Assembly: GCA_963665125.2 (NCBI GenBank)
Contig: CAXXUK010000002.1
Location: 992,001 to 1,056,000, forward strand
Origin: an uncultured Desulfarculus sp.
GTDB taxonomy: Bacteria; Desulfobacterota; Desulfarculia; Desulfarculales; Desulfarculaceae
Length of the DNA stretch: 64,000 nt
Direction of reading: 5' to 3'
Positions 60,954 to 64,000 of the stretch are shown in pieces; within the stretch, counting starts at the first letter, position 1; each line of letters starts with the position of its first letter. The notes under the pieces are model-generated. The model worked only from the letters and a program-made list of their open reading frames with translations, was not told where the DNA came from and searched no databases. A program made the translations under genes and the position numbers.

Positions 60954-61862
60954 TTAGTCGAGGATGTAATAGCGCGGATTGGTGGGCACGCCTGACAACA
61001 GAACTTCATAGTGCAGGTGCGGACCCGTGGAGCGGCCGCTGTTGCCGAGCAGGGCTATGACATCCCCCCGCTTGACCTTTTGCCCAACCTTTACGTCGTA
61101 TTTGTTCAGGTGGGCATAGCGGGTGACGATGCCGTGGCCGTGATTGATGACAAGCATCTTGCCGAAACCGCCCTGGACCCCCCGGAAGGTGACCACGCCG
61201 TCGGCCGGGGCTATGACGGGGGTTTTCATGCGGGAGGAAATGTCAATGCCGGCATGGAAGGCCTTCTTGCCTGTAAAGGGCGAAATCCGGTAGCCGAAAC
61301 CGCTGGTGACCCAGCCGTGTACGGGCCAGATCGAAGGAGTCGCTGCCAGCACCGAGCGCCGTTCTTGGAGAAACTTGGCCAGTTCCCTTTGCACTTCGCG
61401 CTGAAGCTCGGCTTCGGTGACCAGTTGGTCCAGGTCTCGCCGCATGTACTGTATGCGGCGCTCGTGGGTGCTGGAGCTGACCTGCAGGCCCAATCCGGCG
61501 CTGTCGGTGTCCGGGCCGCCCACGCCGAATGCTTCATCGTCGCTGGAAGGTTTTTCCAGGTTGGCCAGGATGCGCAGCCGCTTGTTGAATTGCTTGAGCT
61601 GCGTCATCTGGTCTTTCAGCAGACCCAGATCACGGTAAAACGACTCGACCTGGGCTTCCTGGCGGTCGGTTTGTCGTTGGAGCGCTTGAATATTTGGCAG
61701 GTTTTTACAGACCGATTGATATTGGTGGAACCAATAACCAGCCATGCCGACGGCCGAAAATAGAATCACGAACAACAGCGGGAAAGCCAGACGGGGCATG
61801 GTGATCCGTTTGACTTTGTGCGCACCTTCGGGGATTAGCAATACAGTGAATTTTTTGAACAC
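60954..61862 (-). CDS. M23-family peptidase
   Basis: TPSIWPV.G.VTSGFG.R, HAGID, TRYAHL, STGPHLHYEV. Confidence 0.92.
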   Translation of the reverse strand: MFKKFTVLLIPEGAHKVKRITMPRLAFPLLFVILFSAVGMAGYWFHQYQSVCKNLPNIQALQRQTDRQEAQVESFYRDLGLLKDQMTQLKQFNKRLRILANLEKPSSDDEAFGVGGPDTDSAGLGLQVSSSTHERRIQYMRRDLDQLVTEAELQREVQRELAKFLQERRSVLAATPSIWPVHGWVTSGFGYRISPFTGKKAFHAGIDISSRMKTPVIAPADGVVTFRGVQGGFGKMLVINHGHGIVTRYAHLNKYDVKVGQKVKRGDVIALLGNSGRSTGPHLHYEVLLSGVPTNPRYYILD

Positions 61863-61986
61863 GGTGCTCCTACAGCAAGACAGCATCGTTAAGACCGCAT
61901 GCCGGAAACAGGACCGGCTTGGGGTCCAATATCATACAAATAATAGCCGAGTCAACTAAGATCAGCGCCATGGGTAAATGGCCGGT

Positions 61987-63330
61987 TTATGGTCCGCTGA
62001 CAGAAACGTCCTTCACCAGCACGGTGGGCGAGCCGCTACGGCCAAACATGCGCAGATCGGCGCCAACGGCTTCGACCTTATTGAAGAGATCCAAAATCTG
62101 TCCGGCAATGGCGATGGACTTCACCGGCCGCACGATTCGGCCTTTTTGCACCAGATGTCCGGACGCGCCCAATGAGAACTCGCCTGTGACCGGGTCGGCC
62201 GTATGGGCCCCCAGGATATAGCTGATGATGAGTCCGTTGCTCATCTGCTCAACCAGGGAGTTTTGGTCTCCGCCGCCCGGCGCTATGTGCAGGTTGGTGA
62301 AGCCCACGCCGGGAGGGCCCTTGAGGGAGGGCCTGACGGCGTTGCCGGTGCTTAGCGTTCCGGTGCGGCCGGCCCAGAGCCTGTCATAGACATAGCCCCG
62401 CAAAATGCCCTGTTCAAACAAAACCGTGCGGCTTTGGGCCGTGCCTTCGTCGTCAAAGGGCGCCGAACCAAGTCCCCGGGGCATCAGGCCATCATCGACG
62501 ATGGTTACCAGCGGCGAGACAAGCTTATGGCCGATCTTTCCCGCCAAAAGCGAGCGGCCCTTGGCCACATTGTCGCCCATTAGGCCGTCGGCCAGAATGT
62601 CGAGGAACTCGGCTGCCACGTCACGGGTAAAGACAACGTTATACAGGCCGTCCTGTACGGGCTTGGCCCCCAGATAGGCCGCGGCCTTTTGTCCGGCTTC
62701 GATTCCGATGGCCCGTTCGTCAATGTCCTCCAGAAAACAGGCCGAGCGGCTTTCCCAGCCCATTTCCTGCTCGCCGTCGTAGGAGGCAACCGCAGCCGCT
62801 CCGGCCGAGACCCTGGTGGCCGCGTCGCACAACTCCAGGCCGTGGCTGTTGCATAAAAAAACCCTGGAAACCAGGGAAGACACCTCCGCCGGATGAACAT
62901 GTACCACGCGCTTATCGGCGCTCAGGGCCGCCGAGGCCAGGCGTTCGGCCCGGCGGATCATGTTGGCCACATTGTCTCGGGCCACCTCTGGGTCGTAGGT
63001 TTCCAAGAGGATTTCCGGCGGAGCGGTTTCTGGGAAGGTTAGGGCTGGCTCGGGATCGGCCGCCCTGCTGGAGGCCAGGGCCTGCTCCACGGCCGAGATG
63101 ATGTCACGCTCGTTTTCCGCGCCGTAGATGTATGAAAAGCCCGGCCGGTGGTCCTTGACCAGCCTGATGGCCAGGCCCAGGCTTTCCGACGCCTGGTGTT
63201 TGTCAACCTCACCTTCGCGCACTCCCACGGTGACGCTCTTGGATTTTGAGGCCATTATTTCCCATTGCTCGGCGCCGGATTTCTCAAGGGCGATCCTAGC
63301 CCGATCCACTTCCCCTCGGAGCTTTTCCAT
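61987..63330 (-). CDS. pmbA: TldD/PmbA family protein (PmbA-like)
   Basis: PFDDEG, STGNA.R, TGEFSLGASG, SPTVLV; lacks the TldD HExxGH motif. Confidence 0.82.
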   Translation of the reverse strand: MEKLRGEVDRARIALEKSGAEQWEIMASKSKSVTVGVREGEVDKHQASESLGLAIRLVKDHRPGFSYIYGAENERDIISAVEQALASSRAADPEPALTFPETAPPEILLETYDPEVARDNVANMIRRAERLASAALSADKRVVHVHPAEVSSLVSRVFLCNSHGLELCDAATRVSAGAAAVASYDGEQEMGWESRSACFLEDIDERAIGIEAGQKAAAYLGAKPVQDGLYNVVFTRDVAAEFLDILADGLMGDNVAKGRSLLAGKIGHKLVSPLVTIVDDGLMPRGLGSAPFDDEGTAQSRTVLFEQGILRGYVYDRLWAGRTGTLSTGNAVRPSLKGPPGVGFTNLHIAPGGGDQNSLVEQMSNGLIISYILGAHTADPVTGEFSLGASGHLVQKGRIVRPVKSIAIAGQILDLFNKVEAVGADLRMFGRSGSPTVLVKDVSVSGP

Positions 63331-63336
63331 AGGTCT

Positions 63337-63789
63337 CTACATCTCCAGGAGCATCGCGGTTTCATCACAGTCGGGGAACTTGACGCACTTGATGCAGTCG
63401 GCCCAGATTTTGTTGGGCAGAGTCTGCTTGTCCACCTCTATGAAACCAAGCGATGCGAAAAAGCCGGGACGGTAGGTCAGGGTAAACACATTGTTGAACC
63501 CCAGCGTCAAGGCCTCGGAACAACAGGCCTCCACCAGTTTCGTGCCCCAGCCCCGGCCTTGCTGATCCGATTCAACGGCCAGAGAACGAATCTCGGCCAG
63601 GTTTTCCCAGCACAGGTGCAGTCCACAAACTCCCACGGCGTTTTCTTGAGAGTCTTCGGCGATTAGGAAGTCCCGCAAAAAGTCATAGATCTCGGTCAAG
63701 GGCCTGCCCAGCAACTGGCCCTCGCGGCCATATTGGGCCAAAATGCGGTGAATGAATTGTACGTCTTTTTGACGCGCCCTGCGGATCAT
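63337..63789 (-). CDS. Short ArgA-like N-acetyltransferase (GNAT)
   Basis: LAEIRSLAV, VFTLTY.P.FF, LP.KIWADCIKC.KFPDCDE. Confidence 0.85.
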   Translation of the reverse strand: MIRRARQKDVQFIHRILAQYGREGQLLGRPLTEIYDFLRDFLIAEDSQENAVGVCGLHLCWENLAEIRSLAVESDQQGRGWGTKLVEACCSEALTLGFNNVFTLTYRPGFFASLGFIEVDKQTLPNKIWADCIKCVKFPDCDETAMLLEM

Positions 63790-64000
63790 GTCGCGGTCCT
63801 CGTCATGGCTTACAATTTTTCGCAAACAGCGGTCTTTGAGAACAACTGCATGGAATTATATCTGAATAATATGCCATCGGGCGGGTTGTCGCTCACAACC
63901 CGCCTGACAGCATCTACTCATATTATCCCGGAGAAGGGATCAGGTCAAAGCCGCATCGCAGGGTTATGCGTTTCCCACGGCTTCCAGGTCCATCAAGGAA

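Overview
GC-rich bacterial chromosome segment. The gene content (selB, etfAB, AmmeMemoRadiSam enzyme, cheX, TPR-receiver) suggests a Desulfobacterota/deltaproteobacterial fatty-acid oxidiser; this is inference only. Positions 1-14.6 kb are the right-hand part of an integrated element that ends in a duplicated 3' half of tRNA-Ala(GGC) (attR-like). The element carries: an MNT-HEPN toxin-antitoxin pair; a Patescibacteria(CPR)-style T4SS-like operon (pilin-domain protein, a large VirB6-like gene split by an intact IS3, a membrane protein, a DUF5673-like protein); an XRE regulator; a roughly 580-bp structured non-coding region in front of a primase that has lost its zinc ligands; an HTH/coiled-coil protein with flanking repeats; and AT-rich cargo. 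Positions 14.6-17.2 kb hold IS3 debris and a second, degenerate tRNA-Ala scar. The rest is mostly core genome: amrS-radC-pyrF, a c-di-GMP-I riboswitch before cheX, tatA, two tRNA-Ser, fadR-etfB-etfA with a FadR box, mltG, ruvX, selB, pyrK/pyrD, pgeF, argJ, an archaeal/Chloroflexi-type GT-C glycosylation cluster, a Liv-type ABC transporter with an embedded acyl-CoA ligase, secA, an M23 peptidase, pmbA and a GNAT. Two copies of a covarying 160-bp five-hairpin MITE-like element lie in intergenic regions. No CRISPR array or rRNA was seen. All product calls come from motif recognition by eye, not database searches.
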